Positions 50,300 through 59,753 of a stretch of DNA of 64,000 bases are shown piece by piece (position 1 is the first letter of the stretch; every line of letters begins with the position of its first letter). The position numbers were made by a program, and so were the translations under genes. Under the pieces are notes generated by a model. That model made no database searches and had not been told where the DNA came from. It was given only the letters and a program-made list of their open reading frames with translations. Location of the stretch: IMG/VR virus record IMGVR_UViG_3300013104_000001, positions 124,001-188,000 of that record. One strand, given 5' to 3'.

Positions 50300-50716
50300 T
50301 TACGCGTCAGGGTTCTGCGGTTGCAGCTCGACGTCTGGCGTTGTTACCGGTTTGTCGATCACAACAGAACCGTCAGTTGGCGGCGCTTCTGGATCGGCTT
50401 TACCAAAGTTTGGATCAACCGGCTCCGGTTCTTCCGGGCCCTTCTCCATGATCAGGGTCAGACCTTCGATGCCGTTAGACAGTCTGGTGATCAAACCGTC
50501 AATGCCTTCGATGCCTGAACCGATTTTGAAGTAATCAGGGTATTTGGCGGCCAGACCTGACTCAATCAGATTACCAGCTGGGTAGTCCATTGATTCTAAG
50601 CCTGAGTTAACATAGCCAGCTTTGTAAGCTTGCAGTCTGTTAAGGTCGGCCGTAAGCTCTTCAATACCTGCGGCGATATCGATGGGCTGACCAGACTTGG
50701 TAGTAAGGATAGTCAT
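50300..50716 (-). CDS. putative internal head protein, mostly G-x-E propeptide plus acidic Pro-rich tail
   Basis: AGIE, SGLE, SGIE, NGIE; N-terminus aligns with 50784..51746. Confidence 0.6.
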   Translation of the reverse strand: MTILTTKSGQPIDIAAGIEELTADLNRLQAYKAGYVNSGLESMDYPAGNLIESGLAAKYPDYFKIGSGIEGIDGLITRLSNGIEGLTLIMEKGPEEPEPVDPNFGKADPEAPPTDGSVVIDKPVTTPDVELQPQNPDA

Positions 50717-50783
50717 GTTTTCTAAACCTCTTCAGTTATAAAAAGGACAGGCCAAAGCCCACCACATATATATTTAGCAGTTT

Positions 50784-51746
50784 TTACTTAATAGATGCTA
50801 AGATAGCCTGCTCTACACCTTTGGCAACATCGAGCAGTATCTTCGCTGCGGCTTCTGCAATTTCTGTAACCTGCCAGGTCAAGAACTCCCAGAACGCGCG
50901 GTGATACAGTGCGTCAGCTAACCCTTTGGTCGCAATGTCTTCAAAATCAAAATCACCGAGACCATAATTAATACGTGCAGTTTCAGCAATCTCTTCAAGC
51001 TCACTTGCTGAGTCAAAAAGACTTAGAATCAGCGCGCCTGCTTTAGGAAGGTTTTCTTTACTGATTGCAAAGATACGATCGTTATCGTCTTGCAGTTTAT
51101 ATTCGGGCAACTTACCGTTAATCGCCTTACTTGGTAATTCAGGGGCTGCTTTGATCAGTTCGCCGGTTACGCTATCGGCATCTTCTTCTGATGCGTTCTT
51201 AGCTTTCTTACCAAACGGTTCGACTTTCTTCCAGTAGTCCTTCGTTTGCTTCTCGCTGTCGACCACGGCCGAGTGATAGAACTTAACCAGATCGCCGACT
51301 TTCTTAACGATCTCATCAAAGTCTTTAACACCGCCAATCAACTTAACAACCGCAGCAACTGAAACACTGCCTTTTGCACTGGTCTGTGCTTCAGCCCATG
51401 CTGAGTTTGCATAGGTCTTCTTCACCTCTGCAAGAATCGGCGCCGTCTGTTTGGTGATGATTGGTTTAGCTTTCCCACGCGCAAGCTTCTTGATTCCGGC
51501 AATACCTTTTTTCAAAGTATCGATCAGAGAGCCTATGCCTTCAAGACCAGAGTCGATCTTAAAGTGATTGCTGTATTTGGATGCCAGGCCAAATGCAACC
51601 AACGATCCTGTCGGGTCATCCAGTGATTCGACACCAACACTTAAGCGTCCCTGATAGAATTTCTCTAACATGGCCAGATCACGCTCAATACTCTCAAGGC
51701 CCGCATGCAGACCATACGTGCTAATAAACGCCTCAGTAATAATCAT
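50784..51746 (-). CDS. putative internal head (ejection) protein
   Basis: AGLE, VGVE, SGLE in the first 70 aa, followed by a helical domain. Confidence 0.65.
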   Translation of the reverse strand: MIITEAFISTYGLHAGLESIERDLAMLEKFYQGRLSVGVESLDDPTGSLVAFGLASKYSNHFKIDSGLEGIGSLIDTLKKGIAGIKKLARGKAKPIITKQTAPILAEVKKTYANSAWAEAQTSAKGSVSVAAVVKLIGGVKDFDEIVKKVGDLVKFYHSAVVDSEKQTKDYWKKVEPFGKKAKNASEEDADSVTGELIKAAPELPSKAINGKLPEYKLQDDNDRIFAISKENLPKAGALILSLFDSASELEEIAETARINYGLGDFDFEDIATKGLADALYHRAFWEFLTWQVTEIAEAAAKILLDVAKGVEQAILASIK

Positions 51747-51755
51747 GGTTATCTC

Positions 51756-53108
51756 TTACGAAGTATAATGTTGCATGGACAGCGCACGGATAATAACGTA
51801 AAGGAATACACCCACACGGACCGTTGCTACCGTAGCAGGGGCTTTGATACCCGTTGCCATTTTGACGATCTCATCACCGGCTTCACGCATCTTCAATACA
51901 GAGGCGTTAGAGGTACGGCTTGAGCGATATGCCCCACGCATCTTAGACACCACATCCGGGAAGTCATTCAGACGCAGGTTCTTCTGACTGATGTATTCAA
52001 AGAGATGCTGAATGGTTTCTTCAAGCAGATCATCGATCACACCGGACTTATCGTAACGGTAGTTCTGCGAGATGAACTTGAGTGCATCGATCAATGGCTT
52101 TTCAGGAATGGTGTTGTTGGAACGAACGACCATGTCAACGAGCTCTGGTCTGAACCAATCCGATTCAACCCCGACGATATTCTTGACATAGCGCACATAT
52201 TTAGTGACAGTCTTTTCGACATCACGGATATGTTTAACACCATCCAACTCAACCGTGTTCTTCCCTTCAACAACCATCGCTTCTTTTAACTTCACAGTAT
52301 GGAAGACGTTGTTGATTGAGTTGATCACATCACGCAAACGGTCCTGTACATCCCCGACCATATAAACGATGGCTTTGTCATCAACCATTCGCACATAGGT
52401 CTCGTAGTGAATACCGGTGCCTTTGGTAATGATCGATTTAGCACGCGCATCGATCAGTGCACCCCACGAACCGTATACCTTCAAGTCAAACTTCTTAGAG
52501 AGTTGCTTGTAGGTTTCCATTGCCACTGACTTGTTGGCAGGATAAGGGTAATCGTGGTTGAGAATCGACGACAGGTTTTTGTAGTGGAAGATACGCACCA
52601 CATTCATCTTCGACTCTTCGATCTCAGCCGGCGTTAACCCCACTGACTCGTTATGAAAAAGATGAAGGAGGTAAGGCATACATTGGTTAAAGGTATTACC
52701 GGTTACATGGAACTTCGGATTAATAAACTGGGTGCCATGCAGATCATAAGTCAGATCAACCTCATCGCAGTCCATAATGGTATCGAACCATTCATTACTG
52801 TCGGTGACGGTAAACTTGATCGGATAGACACCAATCAGGTTGGAACCAAAGAAGTCAATGTGATCCTGGTTCTTAGTGCGGAACCGACTGGCGTATTTTG
52901 CAATCGCTAATGCGGTAGCTTTATCAGCAACCAGGTTCGGACAGTTCTTCTTAAAGGCATCTTTGATCGACATGCCATTGCCCGGTCCAAAGCCCATGGC
53001 TTCCAGACCAGCAGAGACTTTAAGGTAACCCAGACTGTAATCAATCGGGTCACGGGTAGGATCAGGACTCTTGAGCGGGAAGAATCCAGTAAGGGCGCTG
53101 GCTAACAT
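51756..53108 (-). CDS. conserved phiKZ-like virion protein (gp32-like)
   Basis: HIDFFGSNLIGV, YPYPAN...TYKQLSKKFDLKVYGSW; AGLE near the N-terminus. Confidence 0.6.
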   Translation of the reverse strand: MLASALTGFFPLKSPDPTRDPIDYSLGYLKVSAGLEAMGFGPGNGMSIKDAFKKNCPNLVADKATALAIAKYASRFRTKNQDHIDFFGSNLIGVYPIKFTVTDSNEWFDTIMDCDEVDLTYDLHGTQFINPKFHVTGNTFNQCMPYLLHLFHNESVGLTPAEIEESKMNVVRIFHYKNLSSILNHDYPYPANKSVAMETYKQLSKKFDLKVYGSWGALIDARAKSIITKGTGIHYETYVRMVDDKAIVYMVGDVQDRLRDVINSINNVFHTVKLKEAMVVEGKNTVELDGVKHIRDVEKTVTKYVRYVKNIVGVESDWFRPELVDMVVRSNNTIPEKPLIDALKFISQNYRYDKSGVIDDLLEETIQHLFEYISQKNLRLNDFPDVVSKMRGAYRSSRTSNASVLKMREAGDEIVKMATGIKAPATVATVRVGVFLYVIIRALSMQHYTS

Positions 53109-53139
53109 AGTGGTTCCTTAATGGAGATATTATCAAACC

Positions 53140-53154
53140 TATATTATCCATGTG
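53140..53154 (+). promoter_or_regulatory. putative early promoter opening the accessory region
   Basis: AACC-TATATTAT-CCAT-GTG. Confidence 0.65.
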
Positions 53155-53178
53155 TATTAGAACAATAAGCTAATAGGA

Positions 53179-53406
53179 GTGTCTATGCGTAATAAGCCTG
53201 TTATCATAAAAGGACTCTATTACGAATCCATTGCACAGGCTGCACGGCAGTTACCGCGTGGAACATATCGCTGGCGACCTTATGAAGTCAGCTTGCGGGT
53301 ACACTCGTCTAATTATCCTGATTGGCGTCTTGCCACGGATGAAGAAATAAATCACGCTGCTGAGAAGAAACAAGCTTGGCGGGCATCAAGAAATAAACCA
53401 ATCTAA
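53179..53406 (+). CDS. small NUMOD1-like DNA-binding protein
   Basis: KPVIIKGLYYESIAQAARQL resembles the homing-endonuclease-associated HTH; no nuclease motif. Confidence 0.55.
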   Translation: MSMRNKPVIIKGLYYESIAQAARQLPRGTYRWRPYEVSLRVHSSNYPDWRLATDEEINHAAEKKQAWRASRNKPI

Positions 53407-53427
53407 CTTAACCTTCTGTAAGGACTC

Positions 53428-54303
53428 ATGATGAAAGTTATCAATGTATTTGAGTTTTCTGAAATGTTGCAGAACACTCCAGGGATCAGTAAATCCACTT
53501 TCTATATTCACCCGGCAAATATCCTGACCGGTGATAACGCGCTAACGTTGTTCTTTCACATGGATGATGCAGGCGATGTCTATGTGGTTGAAGATCAACT
53601 GGGTAAATCACCGAAGCTGGTTAAGATCGATAGCCCAGAGCTTAACACCATTCTGTTCTTCAAACAGGGTTCGTCTACATGGGGGGAAGGTTACTTCCAT
53701 GCTGCCGTTATGCGCTATAGCGCAGTAGAAACGCTTCAGGCGGTTCAAGAGCGTTATAACTCGCTACCGATCACCGAATTCGTAAAAGACTCTCTGCATG
53801 CTTTACAGCGCGCTGACTGGGTGGTTGTACCACAGTTAGCGGTAAGTGGTGAAGCGGTATCACGTGATATGCTGGAAGTGGTACTTTCCAGACCTGGTAA
53901 TATCAACCTCAGTGTGATCAAGTTCTGTCACGAGGATGAGACCTATAATGTCGTCGGCAAAGGCTTTCGCGAAGAGGTGATGCTGGAGTTAATCCGCTAT
54001 GATGAGAAACTGCACAATGCATACTTCTCAGGGATCGTTGCGGGTAAACCAATCTACCAGCGCGTGAAGCTTGAAGAAGTTTCCTTTCGCGGCGACTATG
54101 ATTTCATGCAGTGGGTGAAGACACACAACTTCGACAATGGCGATGCTGGCCATGGCCTGTGGTGGGTTCGCCACATGGGTGTATCACTGCATGTTGAGAG
54201 CAACAGTCTTACCATCAAAAACCCGCACTTGTCTGTGCGCGGTATCGTTAAGAACATTCCCGATAGTTACGACACTATTAACAACCGCACTGTTATTCTT
54301 TAA
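53428..54303 (+). CDS. hypothetical protein
   Basis: AAGGA RBS, 291 aa. Confidence 0.75.
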   Translation: MMKVINVFEFSEMLQNTPGISKSTFYIHPANILTGDNALTLFFHMDDAGDVYVVEDQLGKSPKLVKIDSPELNTILFFKQGSSTWGEGYFHAAVMRYSAVETLQAVQERYNSLPITEFVKDSLHALQRADWVVVPQLAVSGEAVSRDMLEVVLSRPGNINLSVIKFCHEDETYNVVGKGFREEVMLELIRYDEKLHNAYFSGIVAGKPIYQRVKLEEVSFRGDYDFMQWVKTHNFDNGDAGHGLWWVRHMGVSLHVESNSLTIKNPHLSVRGIVKNIPDSYDTINNRTVIL

Positions 54304-54309
54304 GGATCA

Positions 54310-55026
54310 TTGATCATGGCTAAGATTATTCATAAACGTCCGTTTGCATCCGGCCCGGCTAACATGGGCTACATCATCTCTGAACTGATCGGTGGCGGTC
54401 ACCTGCCACTGCGTTACTTCAACAAAGAAACCAAGAAGTGGCTTGAACCGGTTGGCTCTTGTGAAACGGGTAAACCGCTTGGCATGCTGTCGCTGGTATT
54501 GGACATGTCAGATATCCCACAGGACTACTGGACCAATGCATTTGTTCTTGATGTGCAAATGCGTATTAAAGAACTCTGGCCTGATCTGGTGCTGGAGATT
54601 CGTGATGACCCGGCCATTGGTGGCTCGTACGCTTTCCTGCGTAACCGTAAATCGATGGCTACTGTCGGTACTAACGTGGTGCAGGAATACGAAGAAGGCT
54701 GTGGGCCTACGTACTACGATGGCCCTGATCACCAACCACGTCGTAGCACCTACGATACGGATGTCTCCAAACTGGTCGTGCGGACTTACCGCGGTAACGG
54801 TCACACCCTGTTCCTGGTTGACAAAGAGGGACGTCGTATTACGGGTGAAGCACTCAAAGCCAATACACTTAAAGGTGAAGTCCCTGTAGAAGAGTTCGCC
54901 TGGATTGTGGAAAGCCTGGACCATCATCCTTCGCAGCATGGCGTGTTGTTCAGCGACTATCTGGAAGCGGCAGCATTAACCGGACATAAACCAGGCTATA
55001 ACGAAGCTGGCGAAGTCACCATTTAA
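54310..55026 (+). CDS. hypothetical protein
   Basis: AAGGA RBS, 238 aa. Confidence 0.75.
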   Translation: MIMAKIIHKRPFASGPANMGYIISELIGGGHLPLRYFNKETKKWLEPVGSCETGKPLGMLSLVLDMSDIPQDYWTNAFVLDVQMRIKELWPDLVLEIRDDPAIGGSYAFLRNRKSMATVGTNVVQEYEEGCGPTYYDGPDHQPRRSTYDTDVSKLVVRTYRGNGHTLFLVDKEGRRITGEALKANTLKGEVPVEEFAWIVESLDHHPSQHGVLFSDYLEAAALTGHKPGYNEAGEVTI

Positions 55027-55060
55027 CCAATCCAATTTAACCTAACTGTAGAGGCAGCAA

Positions 55061-55537
55061 ATGAAATTCGAAACTAACGCCAAAGATGAGCTGATCCCTT
55101 TCCTGGAATCTATCAACGTAACCGAAACCCATACACCTGGAAAAGGCACTGCGTTGTTTGATTCCACACCTGGCGCGATCATCTATCTTTACCTGCGTCA
55201 AGGTCTGGATGTCAATGAGATCAGCACAGGTGTTGCTATTGCCTGCGAACAGGCTAAGCGCGCTGTGATCTCCTGGTTGCGTAACTCCAACCTGAACATC
55301 TGGATGTTTCCAGACATCCAGCAAGATGGCGGAAGTAATGTAATCAAAGTTGTCGCTGACTTTGACTGGCCTGGTAGCGGTATGAACTGGCTGGGTGATG
55401 AAACCATTCACATTAGCAAATGCCTGAACGCCATCGTTGAACGCGGTAATCACATCAATATGGCAAACAGAGCATCACGTTCCACTATCGGTACCGCTAT
55501 GCCGCAGCGCGTATTCAACTCACGTTCACCATTGTAA
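55061..55537 (+). CDS. hypothetical protein
   Basis: GAGG RBS, 158 aa. Confidence 0.7.
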   Translation: MKFETNAKDELIPFLESINVTETHTPGKGTALFDSTPGAIIYLYLRQGLDVNEISTGVAIACEQAKRAVISWLRNSNLNIWMFPDIQQDGGSNVIKVVADFDWPGSGMNWLGDETIHISKCLNAIVERGNHINMANRASRSTIGTAMPQRVFNSRSPL

Positions 55538-55547
55538 GGAGACAATC

Positions 55548-56516
55548 ATGGATAAGAAATTACCAGGTCAAGATAAGCCAGAAGGCGTTACTACCAAACT
55601 GACAGACGCTTTTGGTAGTAAAGGTGTAGCGGTGCAGGTAACCCCTGAAAACGAACTGCCGCAGGATGCAGAAGGGAACATTGCTGATTTGCTGCGTGTC
55701 GGTAATGATAGTCTGAACCCTCACAGCCCAGGTATGGGTGGCGGTGCTCGAGGTATGATGTTTGGTGAGGTACCGCCACGATCCAACGCTAACCCGCTCG
55801 GTATCGAATCAATGGAAGAGCTCGATTCGCTGAAAGGTACGCTTAATCAGGTATTGTCAGATGATCAGAAAAATGCACTCGGCATGCTGGGTGAACTGAT
55901 TGATGGAAAATTCGACAACGAATATCCTGATGTCGTATACCTGACTATCGCGGTACCGGTAGATGCGGGTAAGACAATGGGGCGTAAAGCTATGCTGGAG
56001 AAACTTCTGGCAGAAACTCCACCGGGTGGCATTAGCGGTCATTGGAATCACCCTGTTCAAGCTGCGCGACTGACAGACCATCATGTGTGTATTGCTATCG
56101 ATGATGAAGGAGATGGGTCATTGACGAAACTGCTGTTCCGTGAATACCCTACTTCTATCGGAACCGATGACGCTGCAAAAGAACAACAGTTGCGGTATTT
56201 GCTGGATACTCACCCCGTGCGCCCTAGCGACAGTGTGCTTAACGCAAATGTGTACTACAGCAAGAACTTCTCGCCGTTGTCACTTGCTACCATCCGTGCG
56301 CCATTACCTATATCGGGTAATAAGTTCGTACGGTATGGTACGTACTGCGAACGTCTGGCGACACTAGAGACCGAGCTCGTTGAAATTGACGGTGTTAAAA
56401 TGGAACGGTTACTGGCGATGACATTGTTTAGTCTCGCTGGTGATAAGTCCAACATTACCCTGTACAGTCTTGATGACGGTCCTGAACTGTTTATTTTAGT
56501 CAAGGTAAACAACTAA
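55548..56516 (+). CDS. hypothetical acidic protein
   Basis: ATG at 55548 after AAGGAG; the upstream TTG start would overlap the previous gene. Confidence 0.75.
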   Translation: MDKKLPGQDKPEGVTTKLTDAFGSKGVAVQVTPENELPQDAEGNIADLLRVGNDSLNPHSPGMGGGARGMMFGEVPPRSNANPLGIESMEELDSLKGTLNQVLSDDQKNALGMLGELIDGKFDNEYPDVVYLTIAVPVDAGKTMGRKAMLEKLLAETPPGGISGHWNHPVQAARLTDHHVCIAIDDEGDGSLTKLLFREYPTSIGTDDAAKEQQLRYLLDTHPVRPSDSVLNANVYYSKNFSPLSLATIRAPLPISGNKFVRYGTYCERLATLETELVEIDGVKMERLLAMTLFSLAGDKSNITLYSLDDGPELFILVKVNN

Positions 56517-56522
56517 CTAATT

Positions 56523-56548
56523 GGCGGGGGTAAAACCCCGCCTTTTAT
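56523..56548 (+). terminator. intrinsic terminator
   Basis: GGCGGGG-GTAAAA-CCCCGCC-TTTTATT. Confidence 0.8.
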
Positions 56549-56549
56549 T

Positions 56550-56830
56550 CTGATTTATTTTTTGGTTTTAAATCAAATATACTATTACGTCAAATATGTA
56601 AAAACTATGTAATTGTCGACATAAGTGACTTAATAGTACTGAATGAACTTATTATCTAAAAAAAAAATATATTAATATATTAGTAATAAGCGTAAGAGTA
56701 AATTTTCGTAGGAAATTTATGAATTACGTTGGATAAAAGGAGAAATCAGACTGGGGTCTGATTTCTCCTAAATTGAATGTAAATGAATGAGTTGTTCATG
56801 TATTTTAGACGGCGCGCGGAAGCTGCGCGG
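56550..56830. other. very AT-rich non-coding region with palindromes
   Basis: A-run leading into the perfect palindrome AATATATTAATATATT (56666-56681); 14-bp hairpin at 56738-56769. Confidence 0.6.
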
Positions 56831-56932
56831 ACTCCGTCCTTGCCCTCTATGTGAATGTTATGGATGAATCCATCCAACCTTCCCGGACTCCTTTATAGTC
56901 TCAGAAGGATACCATCTCTCATTATAGAGGTC

Positions 56933-57583
56933 ATGACCATGTACGAACGCATCAATCTGATTACACTGAACGAACTCTCTGTCTATTCTGAAGTTCAGCG
57001 TGCGACAGACAACCGAACAATTAAATCAACTTCAGTCTCTGTGTACTGGGGTGATAAGCTCTTAGCGAAGACGCCTAAGATGACCAGTGCTATGGATTAC
57101 GCCTACATCGGTGTGTTGTTGTGGAATCCGAAGTTCATGGCATGGATGACAGCTGAGATCCGTAAGAACATTATCGACACGTTTCGTAGTGCGGACTTCA
57201 TCCTAGGGATCAAGCTTAACCCAGGTCGTGTCTTGACCGATGGAATCACCTACCCGTACTTGGGTAAAGAAACCCACTCTTGCGTATCAATCCAGTTGAA
57301 ATGTCAGTTACTGGGATACGAACACAACAAAGTGGATATGACTGGTCAACTACGTATGACCACAGAGATCTTGTCTGGTGATCATGTGGTGTCCGATACA
57401 CGTGTCTATGGTCCGATGGAGACACCAGTGTTACCCGAACTGGATGCGTTGTTAGCGGTTGCCTATAAAGAGATCCCTGAGGATGAGGTCAGACTAACCA
57501 TCCGTGATCCTGACACAGGGCTTCCGCGTCATGACGTGCCAATCAACCCTGAGACAAAGTTACCTCTCTACGGTAACCGTTAA
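56933..57583 (+). CDS. hypothetical protein
   Basis: ATG at 56933/56939 after GAGG. Confidence 0.7.
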   Translation: MTMYERINLITLNELSVYSEVQRATDNRTIKSTSVSVYWGDKLLAKTPKMTSAMDYAYIGVLLWNPKFMAWMTAEIRKNIIDTFRSADFILGIKLNPGRVLTDGITYPYLGKETHSCVSIQLKCQLLGYEHNKVDMTGQLRMTTEILSGDHVVSDTRVYGPMETPVLPELDALLAVAYKEIPEDEVRLTIRDPDTGLPRHDVPINPETKLPLYGNR

Positions 57584-57592
57584 CTAGCCACT

Positions 57593-57619
57593 GGGAGGCT
57601 TCGGCCTCCCTTTATGCCG
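57593..57619 (+). terminator. hairpin (UUCG) with TATGCCG tail
   Basis: GGGAGGC-TTCG-GCCTCCC-TT-TATGCCG. Confidence 0.8.
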
Positions 57620-57741
57620 GTCTGTATTTTAAAACTAAGTTGACTAAGCTTATGAAAGAAATAAAATCTTTCACCCGAGCTAAGGGTAACGTAGAGGTTT
57701 TAGATATATGCCGATTAAATTAATAAGAGAGAAAACAATCA

Positions 57742-58485
57742 ATGGATAAAATCGCTTATATTCAAGAAGATGTCCGAGGGTACGTTTATTGGGAATCTAA
57801 TCTGCTACGTCAGTATCTTGAGCATCGTCATCCTGATGTCATTATTATCTCGTTATCTCGTGACGAACTCTTTCGAACACAGGACCAGGGTATCACCCCA
57901 TTTGCGGTATCGGGTAATTTCGATTTCGTTGATCGTCTCTTAGCTATGTCCAATAATCCACATCCTACCTTACTGCCTGACTACCCTGAAGAGCTCCAAG
58001 GGTACCTGCATCGCAAGGTAGAGTCCGGTACGTTAAGGGATCTGACGTTAGAACGCTGTCCGGTGTTTGTTAAACCTAAATACCAGAAACTCTTTACTGG
58101 GTTTGTTTGTGATGATCCTTTTGATTATCGGTTTAAATCTCATCGGGTCAATAACAACGAACCGTTATGGTTTAGTGAAGTGGTGAACTGGGTGTCTGAA
58201 TGGCGTGTGTATGTAGTCAATGGTAAAATTGGTTACATGTCTCATTACAACGGATTACGGGCTGCTAAACCTCGACTGAAACGTGTGGAGGAGATGATCT
58301 CTAAACTATCTGCACAGAACTACGTAATGGATATTGGTGTCTTAAGCAATGGCCGAGCTGCATTGATCGAAGTCAATGATGGCGTTGCGGTGGGCGCGTA
58401 TGAGGGTTGCCATGCAAACGTGTATGGCGAACTGTTGGTTAACCGGTGGCAGGAAATAATGAAGGAGCGAGACAGCTATGTCTAA
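57742..58485 (+). CDS. ATP-grasp protein, R2K clade (DUF4343-like)
   Basis: DYPEELQGYLHR, PVFVKP..QKLFTGFV, SEVV...SEWRVYVVNG, YVMDIG, LIEVND. Confidence 0.85.
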   Translation: MDKIAYIQEDVRGYVYWESNLLRQYLEHRHPDVIIISLSRDELFRTQDQGITPFAVSGNFDFVDRLLAMSNNPHPTLLPDYPEELQGYLHRKVESGTLRDLTLERCPVFVKPKYQKLFTGFVCDDPFDYRFKSHRVNNNEPLWFSEVVNWVSEWRVYVVNGKIGYMSHYNGLRAAKPRLKRVEEMISKLSAQNYVMDIGVLSNGRAALIEVNDGVAVGAYEGCHANVYGELLVNRWQEIMKERDSYV

Positions 58486-58885
58486 ATACGAAAAGAATCA
58501 TTTATTCAATTTGTTCCAAGAAGAGCGTGTTAAAAATACGTTCCATATGTTCGACGCTGTCTACAAGCATATCGACAACGTCATCGCCTCGAAGGGCACG
58601 GGATTGATTGTCAGTAAAATGCCTAACTCCTGGCGCAGTAACTGGGTGCTTAATGAACATTGCCATGGCACGGTCACGTTGTATGAAACTGGACTATTAC
58701 TTAACTATACCTGTATTGGTCAGGAAGGTAAACCTCTTGAGTATTTCAACGAGGAGAGTGTTGTGCGTTATCACGACCTGGATAAACTTGTCCCAATTGG
58801 CGGGATGGTTATCAAGAGCAATATGTTCATGGATCTGATGGGCAGATATGAACTGCAAGTTATACTGGGGTTTGATGATGAGTGA
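58478..58885 (+). CDS. hypothetical protein, tandem paralog 1
   Basis: Overlaps the ATP-grasp stop; aligns with the next gene. Confidence 0.75.
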   Translation: MSKYEKNHLFNLFQEERVKNTFHMFDAVYKHIDNVIASKGTGLIVSKMPNSWRSNWVLNEHCHGTVTLYETGLLLNYTCIGQEGKPLEYFNEESVVRYHDLDKLVPIGGMVIKSNMFMDLMGRYELQVILGFDDE

Positions 58886-59279
58886 GCTTAGCAAAGACGA
58901 TCTGAATAAACATTTTAAAGCAGCGGGATTAAAAGACGCGATTCCTTTTTATCATGCCGTCTGTGAACTGATCAGGCGGGCACTGGCCAATGACCCTACA
59001 TTGCATGCTGTCAGAAAGACGGAGCAGCTGTGGACATTTGATTACAAGTACAGTGCGCTTTATAAAGCTGAGATCAGTCTGTTCTTAAACGGCGCTAAGA
59101 TCCGCTACAGCACCACTCGACGCATTGAAGGCAGTCACTTCAACGAGCAGGCTATTCGTCAGCAACACAAACTCAACAAACTCTTCCCGATCAATGGCAT
59201 GAACATCAAAAGCATCACCTACGGCGACGGTGCGGGCGGGTTTGAATTCTCTGTATTCCTTGAGGTACCTAATGAATGA
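58878..59279 (+). CDS. hypothetical protein, tandem paralog 2
   Basis: FNEQAIRQQHKLNKLFPINGMNIKS versus FNEESVVRYHDLDKLVPIGGMVIKS in paralog 1. Confidence 0.75.
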   Translation: MSELSKDDLNKHFKAAGLKDAIPFYHAVCELIRRALANDPTLHAVRKTEQLWTFDYKYSALYKAEISLFLNGAKIRYSTTRRIEGSHFNEQAIRQQHKLNKLFPINGMNIKSITYGDGAGGFEFSVFLEVPNE

Positions 59280-59664
59280 ACTGCTTAAACCCGAAGATGT
59301 CCGGGCGATCTTTCCTAATCGTGACCCAATCGATACCACGGCCTTGATTGCTAAGGCCAGGGAGATGTTTGACTTGGTCCGCACTCAACAAGACAGTCAT
59401 CGCTTGGTATGGTATCCCGATCACGTCACAACGATGGCGCTGTGTGGTCAGTATACGTTACAGCTCGATGTCTACTATAGTGGCGATGTTGAACTTAGCA
59501 TTAATACTGAAGTGGACAAACCGCAGCTTGGGGAAGAGGCAGGTAAGCAACTACTCTTCACTGATCGTATTCTTCCTCTTACTGGCTATACCGGGCAATT
59601 AGAATACTGGGGACCTACCCCTGGCATTGGTGAAATTATCTTGATGACTTACCGCTACGCTTAG
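59272..59664 (+). CDS. hypothetical protein, possible distant paralog 3
   Basis: ATG at 59272 after GAGG, overlapping the upstream stop. Confidence 0.7.
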   Translation: MNELLKPEDVRAIFPNRDPIDTTALIAKAREMFDLVRTQQDSHRLVWYPDHVTTMALCGQYTLQLDVYYSGDVELSINTEVDKPQLGEEAGKQLLFTDRILPLTGYTGQLEYWGPTPGIGEIILMTYRYA

Positions 59665-59753
59665 TGCCACGCGGGTTGTGAGGGTATATATCTATGGGAT
59701 GACTCCGTTCTGAGTCATGCCCCATACCTGCACACGGCTGAGAAAAACACATC

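Noticed and set aside
54392-54939. Alternative-frame ORFs of 165 and 143 aa
   Set aside because: Fully nested in 54310..55026, which has the RBS and fits the operon.
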